From the sequence record NC_054906.1: a DNA stretch of 64,000 nt. One strand, given 5' to 3'. Both the position numbers and the translations under genes were made by a program. Numbering within the stretch: the stretch's first letter is position 1; each line of letters opens with the position of its first letter. Shown here piece by piece: positions 36,579 to 46,264 of this stretch. Below the pieces are notes generated by a model. It did no database searches. It saw only the letters and a list, made by a program, of their open reading frames with translations, and was not told the DNA's origin. The DNA comes from Enterobacteria phage RB18.

Positions 36579-36785
36579 TCATAACTGCCACCATTTTTTG
36601 ACTTGATAAGAATCAACCCACACTTTCATATTAGGGTCTGCTCTTACAATAGGAGGATTAACTTCTTTAATTGAACTATCATGGTATTCTTTTTCAGAAA
36701 TTTTCACACAAAGATGACCATTCAAAGATTCAGTAAATCCTGCATTAATTTTAAGACGCTTGAATTTTACGTGTGTAAGCATCAA
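36579..36785 (-). CDS. hypothetical small protein
   Basis: 68-aa ORF. Confidence 0.45.
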   Translation of the reverse strand: MMLTHVKFKRLKINAGFTESLNGHLCVKISEKEYHDSSIKEVNPPIVRADPNMKVWVDSYQVKKWWQL

Positions 36786-37068
36786 TCATATCCTCAATCT
36801 GCGATCTAGTAGTCTTCCAAAGAATACTGATGAGTTCATCGTTATATGGCTGTTTTAGAATATCCCGACTTTTCTTGATAGCATATTCGTATTGAGCAAA
36901 ATTATTATTTTCAGCTGCAATCTGAGCGTGCTTATAAAGACGATTCAGTTCGCGTTTGTTTTTAGACAATAACTTATTTGCTTTTCTTTCTGCTTCAAGA
37001 CGGTTCTTTTCTTCAATAGAAGAAATAAGCTTTTCCACTTCATCATTAATTTCGGGTTTATCAGTCAT
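36751..37068 (-). CDS. hypothetical helical protein
   Basis: 105-aa ORF. Confidence 0.45.
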   Translation of the reverse strand: MTDKPEINDEVEKLISSIEEKNRLEAERKANKLLSKNKRELNRLYKHAQIAAENNNFAQYEYAIKKSRDILKQPYNDELISILWKTTRSQIEDMIDAYTRKIQAS

Positions 37069-37069
37069 A

Positions 37070-37288
37070 TTATTTCTCTAATATAAAATAAAAATCATCA
37101 TCTGTTAAATGATACCGATAGTTTAATTCTACACCATTAGATTTAAAAGCGGTATCATACGGATTTTCTGGATCAATATCAATGTCAAGAGCTAAAACTT
37201 CCCTGAGATACATTTTAAGTAAATAGGGAATAGCTTCAACTTCAGGTATTTCTTCCAAGAATCCGGAGAGGTTAATCGTTAGCCTCAT
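37070..37288 (-). CDS. hypothetical small protein
   Basis: 72-aa ORF. Confidence 0.45.
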
Positions 37289-37835
37289 ATAAAAAATCCA
37301 AACTAGGAGAATCGTCTACAACACTTTTCTTTTCAGCCCCTGGTGTTCTATAGGTTGATTCTTCGTAATGCGTCATTTTATCATAGATGTCTTGAATAAA
37401 AGTTTCATCTACTAACGCAACCATATCGTCGTCACGACTGTCATAGACATTGTGAACGAAGTAACTATATTTCTTTGCAACTTCCTTACGTTCTTTTTTA
37501 ATACGTTGGACGAATGCATTAAAACAAGCTTGAGTTATATACGCATGTGGGTTTTTATATTTCGTTTCATCAAAATTATGAAGCCCCTTAATAGAAGCTT
37601 CTATACCATCTGCAATCATTTCTTGTTTCCAAGACTGGGTGTATCCTGAAAAGTTGAAACGTTTAGATAAGCCTTCTGCAATAAGCATAATGGCTAATCC
37701 GATAGTATCATTCTGACGAACTACTTTATTTGGGTCTTTATTATTTGCTAATTCTGTTTTCCAATCAATAATAGCTTGTAAAAGCTCTTTATTGTTTACG
37801 TAATTATATTTAGGCTTAGTTTCTGACATTTTCAC
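37272..37835 (-). CDS. 55: late-transcription sigma factor gp55
   Basis: 187 aa (T4 gp55 is 185); position. Confidence 0.85.
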
Positions 37836-37907
37836 CTCTTAGCTCAATTCATAGATCTATTATATCATAATATTTGAAGATCTATCTTAAAGCATAGAGG
37901 ATATCAG

Positions 37908-38177
37908 TTATCTAAGTAAGCAGTATGCTTGGAACACTTTCTCCATCATCTTTTTAAATTCATGAATATCTATGTAATGACTAGTTAAATCAGCATGATA
38001 TAAAAAGTCTAAAAACTTTTCATGTGTACTAGCATATTCACTTTCATTTAATTCAGAAACATGACTTTCCCAATATCCAACACCAGTCTTATTTGGGAAA
38101 AATGAAATTTTCATGTATTGGTCAACATAGAAAATTCCATAATTTTCAATAGTAATAGAAATATTAATAAATTTCAT
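37908..38177 (-). CDS. hypothetical protein
   Basis: 89-aa ORF. Confidence 0.45.
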   Translation of the reverse strand: MKFINISITIENYGIFYVDQYMKISFFPNKTGVGYWESHVSELNESEYASTHEKFLDFLYHADLTSHYIDIHEFKKMMEKVFQAYCLLR

Positions 38178-38389
38178 GCATTCATCAACTTAGCCGCTTC
38201 AAGAGCTGCATCTAGTGAATCAAATTGGTCAACATATTCAATCAATTCGCCGTAATTGGCATATAACCACCATTGGCTAAATTCATACTCAAGGATGAAT
38301 CCATTTCCTTCAATTTGAGTTAAACCAATGCCATTTGTATTTACTTCATATCCAGCAAGACGCAAATCGTTAATAAGAGCTTCGTTCAT
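38174..38389 (-). CDS. hypothetical small protein
   Basis: 71-aa ORF. Confidence 0.45.
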   Translation of the reverse strand: MNEALINDLRLAGYEVNTNGIGLTQIEGNGFILEYEFSQWWLYANYGELIEYVDQFDSLDAALEAAKLMNA

Positions 38390-38391
38390 AA

Positions 38392-38718
38392 TTATACCTT
38401 AGTAATTTTCAGGTCTGCAAATTTTTTCTTGCGTTGATTTTTCATGCGACGAATAGTTTTATCGGAAATTTCATGCTTTTGATAAGCTTTAGATTCTACA
38501 CCAAAAGCTTTAACATCAAATTCTGACAAGATATATTGAACCAACAATTCACGGACAGTATTGCGTCCAATCTTCTGATCATTCTGTTTCATCGTCTGAT
38601 GAAGCTCTTTTTCCCATTTATCCAAAATTTGAGGAGTTACAATATCGCCTTTTTCTAACAAAGAAACTACTTTATCATATGCGTAAGAATTGATGGCGTT
38701 TTTAATTTGAATAGTCAT
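38392..38718 (-). CDS. hypothetical basic protein
   Basis: 108-aa ORF. Confidence 0.5.
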   Translation of the reverse strand: MTIQIKNAINSYAYDKVVSLLEKGDIVTPQILDKWEKELHQTMKQNDQKIGRNTVRELLVQYILSEFDVKAFGVESKAYQKHEISDKTIRRMKNQRKKKFADLKITKV

Positions 38719-38756
38719 ACATTATCCTCAATTACGTTAAAATTTTATTATCCAAA

Positions 38757-38772
38757 AAGGGCCGAAGCCCTT
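38757..38772 (-). terminator. intrinsic terminator, UUCG hairpin plus U-tract
   Basis: aagggc-cgaa-gccctt; minus strand follows with TTTTTGG. Confidence 0.55.
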
Positions 38773-38971
38773 AGCTAAACTTTTTGGCACCCTTCCAGCC
38801 TTCGTACATCATTGCGACTGACAATGACAAAGCTCCTTCACATGCTGCATACTTATTATTCCAGAACCAATTTAGAAAAACTTCATCCTCAATACCATTG
38901 TGTTTCATGTTCTGGAAAAATTTGGCGCGTTCTTCAGCAATTCGCTGCGATAATTTAGATTCAGGATTCAT
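38771..38971 (-). CDS. hypothetical small protein
   Basis: 66-aa ORF. Confidence 0.45.
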   Translation of the reverse strand: MNPESKLSQRIAEERAKFFQNMKHNGIEDEVFLNWFWNNKYAACEGALSLSVAMMYEGWKGAKKFS

Positions 38972-39187
38972 TTAAATTTCCCAATTGCCATTTTCATCAA
39001 TAAATTTAATCCAGTCATTTACTGACCACTTAGTTGTATCGCCTTTTGGAGCAACATTTAAAGTGTATAGCCATTGCTTAAAAAGCATTCGTTTGATATT
39101 CATATTTTCCTCAGCTATAACGATAACACTCGTTTGATTTACGTTTAGCAACTCGTTGAGAAGTATTATAATCAAAATCATCGTCAA
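38972..39187 (-). CDS. hypothetical small protein
   Basis: 71-aa ORF; true start may be internal. Confidence 0.35.
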   Translation of the reverse strand: MTMILIIILLNELLNVNQTSVIVIAEENMNIKRMLFKQWLYTLNVAPKGDTTKWSVNDWIKFIDENGNWEI

Positions 39188-39443
39188 TGTAAACTGATTT
39201 TTTCAACTTTCTTACTTCACCGCGTAATTGACGATTTAGCTCATCTTTAACTTCTGAATCAATGCCTTTCATTCTACGCCATTTATCTGAGCGAAAAATG
39301 TTTTCAACCATATCTTTATGACTTACACCGTCTGGAGCTTTACGCTTTCCGAAATAGTCATAATCACGCACTTTTAAGTCTTTACGACGATACGTTTTAC
39401 CCATGGAGTTTAATTTCCTTAGCAACTGAACTAAATGCAGCAC
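39111..39443 (-). CDS. hypothetical basic protein
   Basis: 110-aa ORF. Confidence 0.45.
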   Translation of the reverse strand: MLHLVQLLRKLNSMGKTYRRKDLKVRDYDYFGKRKAPDGVSHKDMVENIFRSDKWRRMKGIDSEVKDELNRQLRGEVRKLKKSVYIDDDFDYNTSQRVAKRKSNECYRYS

Positions 39444-39579
39444 GATCGCAAATCATGCGTTTATGTAACTTGAGTATAATATAGCAAACTTCAAAACTAT
39501 TTACATGAGTAACACGAACAGCATTACCATTAATGAGATAATACTGTCCCTTTTTAATTTCTTTATCAACCACAACCAT
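39397..39579 (-). CDS. hypothetical small protein
   Basis: 60-aa ORF. Confidence 0.35.
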   Translation of the reverse strand: MVVVDKEIKKGQYYLINGNAVRVTHVNSFEVCYIILKLHKRMICDRAAFSSVAKEIKLHG

Positions 39580-39609
39580 ATCAATTCCTCAAAGGTAATT
39601 CATATGTTA

Positions 39610-39639
39610 ATAATACCACGGTTTGAACTTGTTGTAAAC
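39610..39639 (-). promoter_or_regulatory. early promoter (GTTTAC-18-TATTAT)
   Basis: minus-strand consensus after the nrdH terminator. Confidence 0.5.
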
Positions 39640-39717
39640 AACTTTGTGAAAAATATTTTAGGGAATGATAAGAAAGGAATGATAGCTTAGAATGGTAATA
39701 TACAGAATGTGAGAAAG

Positions 39718-39736
39718 AAAGGCCCAGAGGGCCCGT
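39718..39736 (-). terminator. intrinsic terminator after nrdH
   Basis: ggccc-aga-gggcc hairpin; minus strand follows with TTTCTTTCTC. Confidence 0.5.
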
Positions 39737-39737
39737 C

Positions 39738-40046
39738 TTAATCTTCTATGATATCTCTATCATATCCAAGTGAAATGAGAGTTTCTTTGAAGTGTTTAAT
39801 GTTCTTTTGTCTAGAATCATTAATGAAAATGACTGGATAACGAATGTTAAGAGATGTGAATCCAGCGCGTTTAGCAAGAGATACAATCAGTGGACGATCA
39901 TACTCAATCTTACCGTTATTTGTAAGAACTTTATAGAAAGTAAAAGGAGCATTGAGCTCCTTTAGAAGTTTTGTAACTGATTGACATCCAGGACAACGAC
40001 CTACTTCATCTGGAATTCCATAGACTTCAATCTTATTTTGTTTCAC
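39738..40046 (-). CDS. nrdH: NrdH glutaredoxin-like protein
   Basis: 102 aa with CPGC redox motif; adjacent to nrdG/nrdD. Confidence 0.65.
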   Translation of the reverse strand: MKQNKIEVYGIPDEVGRCPGCQSVTKLLKELNAPFTFYKVLTNNGKIEYDRPLIVSLAKRAGFTSLNIRYPVIFINDSRQKNIKHFKETLISLGYDRDIIED

Positions 40047-40048
40047 AA

Positions 40049-40261
40049 CTATTCCTTACTAAGAGCAGCATTCAGCTTGTTAGTAATTTTATCCAGACGC
40101 TCATTGAACTCACTAGAAGATAAGCCCTTTTCTGGAGAAATCAAACTAATCACGAAAAATATAGCAATAAAAGGAATAAGGAAAATAGCTCCAACTGCCA
40201 TAAACAGAAAGAATGTTACAGTTGTAAGAAAATCAGCTAAACCTTTACGAAATTTATACAT
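40049..40261 (-). CDS. small membrane protein
   Basis: 70 aa with hydrophobic core. Confidence 0.45.
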   Translation of the reverse strand: MYKFRKGLADFLTTVTFFLFMAVGAIFLIPFIAIFFVISLISPEKGLSSSEFNERLDKITNKLNAALSKE

Positions 40262-40376
40262 ATTTTACCCTTAATTAATTAACCAAGCATTGATAAGCAC
40301 TAAACTATATTGGGAATAAAATTCTGGACCAAAATGAAAAATCATATCATTTATAGTATCCATAATATAATTCAAT

Positions 40377-40847
40377 TTAATCATGTTTCCACACCCCATC
40401 GGTATTTGACCAAAGCCGCTGATTATCTGATCCTCGCCACAGCTTTTTAGTCGGAAGATTTTTCTCATACTTCCCATCAATAATAACATCAACATATTTA
40501 AGCATTTCTAGTTGTTTAATATCTTCAAACTTATATCCTGTCCACAACCAAATGCTTTTATTGGGATAAAGATTTTTTACTGTTTGAACAATGCAATGAA
40601 TAACATCTCGGTTATCAGGATAAAGAGGGTCTCCTCCAGTTATAGTCAATCCTTCTATATAATCATTATTCAAACATTCAATTAATTGTTCTAGTGTTTC
40701 ACCAGTGAATGGAATACCATTTCTAGCATTCCATGTTGATTTATTATAACACCCTTCGCATTTATGCAAACAACCTGTAACGAAAAGAACGACCCTGCAA
40801 CCAGGGCCATTAACAAAATCGCAAGGATAAAATCTATCATAATTCAT
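40377..40847 (-). CDS. nrdG: anaerobic ribonucleotide reductase activase NrdG (radical SAM)
   Basis: 156 aa as in T4; Cys cluster CLHKCEGC. Confidence 0.85.
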   Translation of the reverse strand: MNYDRFYPCDFVNGPGCRVVLFVTGCLHKCEGCYNKSTWNARNGIPFTGETLEQLIECLNNDYIEGLTITGGDPLYPDNRDVIHCIVQTVKNLYPNKSIWLWTGYKFEDIKQLEMLKYVDVIIDGKYEKNLPTKKLWRGSDNQRLWSNTDGVWKHD

Positions 40848-42661
40848 TGGTGCTTAACCCTATGCATGATTTCTTTATTTTTACCGAGATTAAATCCGCG
40901 TTCGTTAGGATTTCCCAAATAACCACATGTTCTTCTTATTGTGTTCATCTTTTTAGGATCAGTTTCTCCACAAATAGAACAAACAAATCCGTTTTCAGTA
41001 GGAGTCATTTCATGGGTACTTCCACACGTAAAACATTTATCTACTGGCATATTAACACCAAAATAATCTAAATGTTGTGCAGCATAATCCCATACGGCCT
41101 CAAGGCCTTTCAAGTTATTTTTCATATCAGGAAGTTCAACATAAGAAATGTGACCACCTGTCGCAATGAAATGATATGGCGCTTCACGAGAAATCTTTTC
41201 AAACGGAGTAATATTTTCTTCTACTGAAACATGGAAACTGTTAGTGTACCAACCTTTATCGGTAACATCTTTTACGCTTCCATATTTTTCTGTATCGAGT
41301 TTACAGAAGCGATAACAAAGGTTTTCAGCAGGAGTCGAATATAAACTAAAAGCAAATCCAGTTCTTTCAGTCCACTGTTTAAGATGAGCATTCATTTTAG
41401 TTAAAATTTCTCGTCCAATATCACGACCGACAAGAATATTCAATTCGTGAATACCAATGTATCCTAAAGACACTGAACTTCTACCGTTTTTAAATAACTC
41501 AATTATGTCGTCATCAGGTTTAAGACGAACCCCGAATGCACCTTCTTGGTAAAGAATAGGAGCAACAGTAGCTTTAACTCCTTTTAAGGAACTAATTCTA
41601 CACATCAAAGCTTCAAAACATAAATCCATTCGTTCATTAAATAGCTCAACAAATTTCTGTTCATTGAATTGTGTTCCAATATAAGAATCTAACGCGATGC
41701 GAGGAAGATTCAGTGTTACAACACCAAGATTATTACGTCCATCAAGAATTTCATTACCAGTCGAATCTTTCCATACGCTCAAGAAACTACGGCAACCCAT
41801 TGGAGAAACAGGAACAGATGAACCAGTGATAGCTTTATTGTTCTTAGCTGAAATAATATCAGGATACATCCTTTTGCTTGCGCACTCTAGAGCAAGTTGC
41901 TTAATGTCGTAATTCGGATCGTCTTTATAAAGATTAACGCCTTCTTCAACGAACATAACAAGCTTAGGGAAAATAGGAGTTATTCCATCACGACCGAGAC
42001 CTTTAATACGATTTTTCAGAATTGCTTTCTGAATCATTCGTTCAGTCCAGTCAGTTCCCGTACCAAATGTAATTGTTACAAAAGGTGTTTGCCCGTTTGA
42101 ACTAAAGAGAGTATTTACTTCATATTCATAAGCTTGGAATGCATCGTATACGTCTTTTTCTGTTTTAGATTGAGCATAATTCAACGCATCAGCGATTTGC
42201 CATTTTTCTGCATCCTCAATATGTTTTGCATAGGTGCGTTTAACATAAGGAGAAAGTACTTTATCTACATTAGCAAAAGTCGTTCCGCCGTATTGATGGG
42301 AAGCAACCTGTGCAGTAATTTGTGCCATAATTGCAGTAGCAACACCGATTGATTTAGGAGTTTCAATCTGTGCATTACCAAGCTTAAATCCATTCTCAAG
42401 CATTCCTTTTAAATCTACTAAACAACAATTAGTAAATGGAAGAGCAGGGGAATAATCAATATCGTGGAAATGGATAATTCCGCTTTCATGCGCTTTCATA
42501 ATAAAAGACGGGACCATATTTTTGGCAATGTGTTTAGACACAATACCAGCCATAAGGTCCCGTTGAGTTGGAAAAACACGAGAATCTTTATTAGCATTCT
42601 CGTTTAAAAGGTCTTTATTAGTTTTATGAATCAATCCTTCAATTTCTTTTTCAATTGTCAT
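40844..42661 (-). CDS. nrdD: anaerobic ribonucleoside-triphosphate reductase NrdD (glycyl radical enzyme)
   Basis: uninterrupted 605-aa ORF with C-terminal Zn ribbon CFTCGSTHEM...CSICGE. Confidence 0.9.
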   Translation of the reverse strand: MTIEKEIEGLIHKTNKDLLNENANKDSRVFPTQRDLMAGIVSKHIAKNMVPSFIMKAHESGIIHFHDIDYSPALPFTNCCLVDLKGMLENGFKLGNAQIETPKSIGVATAIMAQITAQVASHQYGGTTFANVDKVLSPYVKRTYAKHIEDAEKWQIADALNYAQSKTEKDVYDAFQAYEYEVNTLFSSNGQTPFVTITFGTGTDWTERMIQKAILKNRIKGLGRDGITPIFPKLVMFVEEGVNLYKDDPNYDIKQLALECASKRMYPDIISAKNNKAITGSSVPVSPMGCRSFLSVWKDSTGNEILDGRNNLGVVTLNLPRIALDSYIGTQFNEQKFVELFNERMDLCFEALMCRISSLKGVKATVAPILYQEGAFGVRLKPDDDIIELFKNGRSSVSLGYIGIHELNILVGRDIGREILTKMNAHLKQWTERTGFAFSLYSTPAENLCYRFCKLDTEKYGSVKDVTDKGWYTNSFHVSVEENITPFEKISREAPYHFIATGGHISYVELPDMKNNLKGLEAVWDYAAQHLDYFGVNMPVDKCFTCGSTHEMTPTENGFVCSICGETDPKKMNTIRRTCGYLGNPNERGFNLGKNKEIMHRVKHQ

Positions 42662-43131
42662 TTTAAACTCTTTCTAAGCTGCTTCTTAAATGAAGCTATT
42701 AACTGTGTTTTAGTGTCAGATTCATTATATTCAAATCCTCTTTGAAGCATCTCAGCCATCATTTCCTCTTTTCCTAAACGAGAAAATTCCTTTGATTTAT
42801 CTCCAACGAAGTTAGGGTGAATATTATTTTGGGTGTAATCGGATTTTAAATAAGTAAGTAAATTTTCTAACCATTCAAGATAATCAACACCTTGCCCCTT
42901 TAAGCCAGAACGATTAAATTTATGTTTCATTTGACCTTCTGCGGCATTGCAGAGATTACAAAGCAATCCACGCACCTTTCCTGCTTTTGGTCCATTTAAT
43001 TCATGGTCATGATCAAGATGATTAGCTTGAACATCAGGATTTAGTTCTCGTTGGCAAATTAAGCATTTACCATTTTGTGCATCATAAAATTTCTGTTTTT
43101 CTTCTTTATATAATTTGCCAGTCAATAACAT
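42658..43131 (-). CDS. 49: endonuclease VII gp49 (Holliday junction resolvase)
   Basis: 157 aa as in T4; Cys/His zinc motifs. Confidence 0.85.
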   Translation of the reverse strand: MLLTGKLYKEEKQKFYDAQNGKCLICQRELNPDVQANHLDHDHELNGPKAGKVRGLLCNLCNAAEGQMKHKFNRSGLKGQGVDYLEWLENLLTYLKSDYTQNNIHPNFVGDKSKEFSRLGKEEMMAEMLQRGFEYNESDTKTQLIASFKKQLRKSLK

Positions 43132-43138
43132 AATAAAA

Positions 43139-43161
43139 CCCTTACCTTAAATAGATAAGGG
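43139..43161 (-). promoter_or_regulatory. hairpin including the presumed ribosome-binding site of gene 49
   Basis: ccctta...taaggg stem-loop ending 7 nt before the gene 49 ATG. Confidence 0.4.
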
Positions 43162-43173
43162 TATTTATTATTT

Positions 43174-43659
43174 TCAAGTATTGTAAAACATTTGATTCAA
43201 TCGCTTATATTGCCGAATCTTTTGGTCAGAAAAAGAAATTTGGGTTTCAAGCCATTCAATATATTCTGCCGCAGCTTGCATCAAATTTCCTTCATAGCCA
43301 TCGTTATTTTCTTGTGCAGCTAATTTAGCTAATGCATATGAAATACGTTCACCTTGAAAATCGGCTTTAGGCTTCTGAACAACTTGATTAGTTCGCTCTA
43401 CAACTTCTTCAATTTCGCCATTTTCGACTGATTCAGTATTCCACAAGCACCAATACGTAATTGGCTTATCATAGATGTTAATAATCTTTCCATCAGAAAG
43501 TTCAATTTCAATAATTCCAGTATCAGGTTCTATATCATCTTCACATTCTTTTGCAAGTTCACGAACTTTAAAGACAGTACCTGCACTAAGTTCCGGCCAG
43601 TAATTACACAGCCCTGTATCAGCACGATTAATTCTAAACCACTTATCTACTGTAATCAT
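43174..43659 (-). CDS. pin: Pin-position protein (161 aa from the first ATG)
   Basis: first ATG with GGAG RBS gives 161 aa, the T4 Pin length; position between 49.1 and 49. Confidence 0.5.
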   Translation of the reverse strand: MITVDKWFRINRADTGLCNYWPELSAGTVFKVRELAKECEDDIEPDTGIIEIELSDGKIINIYDKPITYWCLWNTESVENGEIEEVVERTNQVVQKPKADFQGERISYALAKLAAQENNDGYEGNLMQAAAEYIEWLETQISFSDQKIRQYKRLNQMFYNT

Positions 43660-43699
43660 GTCCCATCTCCATATCAATTAAGTCATTTATCGTTGGTTC

Positions 43700-43729
43700 A
43701 TTATATACTGTTTCTTCATCAGTGTAAAC
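43700..43729 (-). promoter_or_regulatory. early promoter (GTTTAC-18-TATAAT)
   Basis: minus-strand consensus upstream of pin. Confidence 0.5.
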
Positions 43730-43782
43730 CGGTTCTTCCGGCTCTGGCTCTACAGTTTCCCATCTAGCCGCCCACCAAGGTT

Positions 43783-44103
43783 TTATAGCGTAATCCATTC
43801 TCTTACTGTCTGAGTTACTACACGTTCTCGAAGCTCAACCAGTTCAACGGTAGGAACTGCATAATACCAGTCAGAATGGTAAGAACCTGAGCGAGATTCA
43901 TTTACAGCCACATGTACATTATGTTTTGGACTAAAATAAACACACTGACGATATTGGCATTTACCATCTTGCACCCAGTCTTCTATTTCGATAGGTTTAA
44001 GATAGTCGGAAAAATCGAAATCATAGTTTTCCGAAAATGCATCATGGTCTTCAATGATTTCGCTCAGAACTGCATCAACATCTAATTTATTTTCAATAGT
44101 CAT
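43783..44103 (-). CDS. hypothetical acidic protein
   Basis: 106-aa ORF. Confidence 0.5.
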   Translation of the reverse strand: MTIENKLDVDAVLSEIIEDHDAFSENYDFDFSDYLKPIEIEDWVQDGKCQYRQCVYFSPKHNVHVAVNESRSGSYHSDWYYAVPTVELVELRERVVTQTVREWITL

Positions 44104-44113
44104 TTTTCACCAA

Positions 44114-44284
44114 TTAATTTCGCAATTTATTAAGTTCTTCATCATCAATCCAGGATTCTAGTCCTGATGGCAGGTCACATTCAATTTCCCAAAGAAGTTC
44201 TTCAATTTTCTGAAGACGATCTAGTTCTTCGGCTGGAATAGTAACCATTGACGGAGCTCGTGATACATTAATATCGTAAATCAT
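44114..44284 (-). CDS. small hypothetical protein (56 aa), absent from the ORF track
   Basis: MIYDINVSRAPSMVTIPAEELDRLQKIEELLWEIE...; fills the gap exactly. Confidence 0.4.
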   Translation of the reverse strand: MIYDINVSRAPSMVTIPAEELDRLQKIEELLWEIECDLPSGLESWIDDEELNKLRN

Positions 44285-44286
44285 AT

Positions 44287-44502
44287 TTACCCCAATTTAA
44301 CCATACAATCGCCGTATTTCCACTTAGAAATAGACTTTTCACCATTAGAATAATAAACTTCGAGTTTAGCACGATTATTTTTAATTTGAATAACCTTGGC
44401 TGTCATCAAAGTTCCATACCCATAGTAAACTGCAACTTCATCACCTACATATATCGCGCTTCCGCGGTAATCATGGATATAGTCAGTTCCTTCGAGCATC
44501 AT
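44287..44502 (-). CDS. hypothetical small protein
   Basis: 71-aa ORF with ATGA overlap to nrdC. Confidence 0.45.
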   Translation of the reverse strand: MMLEGTDYIHDYRGSAIYVGDEVAVYYGYGTLMTAKVIQIKNNRAKLEVYYSNGEKSISKWKYGDCMVKLG

Positions 44503-44762
44503 TTAAAGTATTCCCGCAATTGGTCAAATCCACCAATATGACTTCCATCAGGAGCAAATACTTGAGGCATCGTCAGTCCAATTTGAGTATCACGACCTAG
44601 TTTCGTCAGAAGCTCAGCAATTTTCTCATCATCAAAAACACCTTTTTTCGGCATAATGTTGATAAATTCAAACGGCTGTTTCTTCACGGTCAAAAGACGT
44701 TTTGCATTATCGCAATACACACATTTATGGATGTTGCTATCATAACCATATACTTTAAACAT
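44499..44762 (-). CDS. nrdC: NrdC thioredoxin/glutaredoxin
   Basis: 87 aa as in T4; CVYC active site. Confidence 0.8.
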   Translation of the reverse strand: MFKVYGYDSNIHKCVYCDNAKRLLTVKKQPFEFINIMPKKGVFDDEKIAELLTKLGRDTQIGLTMPQVFAPDGSHIGGFDQLREYFK

Positions 44763-44763
44763 A

Positions 44764-45165
44764 TTATTCCTTAATTCCTAGTACTTGTTTAAAAGTCTCG
44801 TCGTAATCAAGACTTTGGCCCGTTTGTTCTTTATGTTTGTATATAATATCACTTACTTCTGATAGCATATTTTTATATGAACGAGTTAAAGCAGATTTAA
44901 GCACGCTGTATCTATCAGGAAATTTACCGTGTTCATTATAATAAGCTATTGCTAATTCACGGACTGCCTTTTCAGCAGTCTCCATATATTCTTTACGCTT
45001 TGTCATTTTCTTCTCGGTCAAATCGGTGTTTACAATGGCGACATTTATAACGAAGATTATTAGTCTGCCAATGGACCAATTGCACCTGTTCAGTTCCACA
45101 TTCAGGGCAATTAGGAACGTTTTTAGAAGCCCTTTCGCGACGTTTAACCATAGCCATAATGGCAT
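44764..45165 (-). CDS. hypothetical protein (start probably internal, near 45009)
   Basis: ORF overlaps its upstream neighbour extensively; internal [15 protein letters not shown] is the likely start. Confidence 0.4.
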
Positions 45166-45289
45166 CCCATGCTGGAGGTTTAAAATCTAAATCGTCAGTA
45201 ACTAGCAGTCCTTTATCAAACCCAACGCATGGAGTCCATTCAGGAAAATCTGAAGCTTCAGCAATATCTTCTAATAAACGCTTTTTCAT
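44993..45289 (-). CDS. zinc-ribbon protein
   Basis: 98 aa with CPEC...CRHC. Confidence 0.5.
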
Positions 45290-46212
45290 TTCAGTACCTC
45301 AATAGCATCACGTAAACCATTTGCTTTGGCGGTTAAAGCCTTAATAACTTTAGTATGCTCTTCAATCTGTTTTTCAACTTCAATCAAACGGGCACTGAGA
45401 TATTCGCGTTCTTCTTTCATAGTATCATTCCCATGATTGGGCTTTGGCGTAGGTTTAAATTTATTAGGGTCCTTTAACTTAATAACAACTTTAGTTTCAA
45501 ACAGTGAAAGACCATAATTCGTATTATCATCAAAGGATTCAACTACGTCCATTTTAGACAATAACGTACGAAGATTATAAGTCAAAGAACGAATCGTTTT
45601 ATTATGTTTATTAGCTTCACATGGTTTCATATATGGAAGATTTTTATATATTTCATGCGGAGCACAAACAATAATTGACAATTCAAATGGTCCATTCTGT
45701 GATGATGGAATGAATTTAGCCGTAACCCAATCTTTTACATTTACATTAATAGTACGATCATCGCCATGACAAAACAGTCTACGAGAATGCTTAAAAAGCA
45801 TATTCACATTATTATTAAATTCGTGTGAAAACTCACTGGCAAATTTTTCTTTACTATTTTTAGAAAACCATTCTTCTAAATAAGTTCTTTTCACGTCGTT
45901 AATAATATTAAATGTAACAACACTAGCATTTGATACATTAGTCTCAATGTAGCTTGGATACATAAATTTTTTAACATTATTAACAGCTATCACAGAAGAT
46001 AGTAATCGGGAACGTTTGAACCACTCGAGCAAAGAACCAAGAGAATGTGAATACGCATTTTGTGTATCTTTACAAATATGGTTTTCCCATCCAATATAGT
46101 CTAAAAAATCACGAAGAATATTATTGATTACTGCTCTGTGTCCGATCTGATAATTACGGTGTTTAGTAATAAGACTGTCAAAATAATCAATATAATGTTT
46201 ACGAGTTTTCAT
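45286..46212 (-). CDS. coiled-coil paralog family member 1
   Basis: 308 aa; divergent N-terminal domain plus C-terminal heptad coiled coil. Confidence 0.55.
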   Translation of the reverse strand: MKTRKHYIDYFDSLITKHRNYQIGHRAVINNILRDFLDYIGWENHICKDTQNAYSHSLGSLLEWFKRSRLLSSVIAVNNVKKFMYPSYIETNVSNASVVTFNIINDVKRTYLEEWFSKNSKEKFASEFSHEFNNNVNMLFKHSRRLFCHGDDRTINVNVKDWVTAKFIPSSQNGPFELSIIVCAPHEIYKNLPYMKPCEANKHNKTIRSLTYNLRTLLSKMDVVESFDDNTNYGLSLFETKVVIKLKDPNKFKPTPKPNHGNDTMKEEREYLSARLIEVEKQIEEHTKVIKALTAKANGLRDAIEVLK

Positions 46213-46264
46213 GTTCTTCTCACTTGGTTAATGATTTATACTCCGAGCCATCCTTGGCTTTAAA

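Noticed and set aside
40271-40495. 74-aa ORF overlapping the nrdG 3' end
   Set aside because: About 119 nt of overlap with conserved nrdG; at most a short internal-start peptide of about 37 aa could be real, which cannot be judged from sequence alone.
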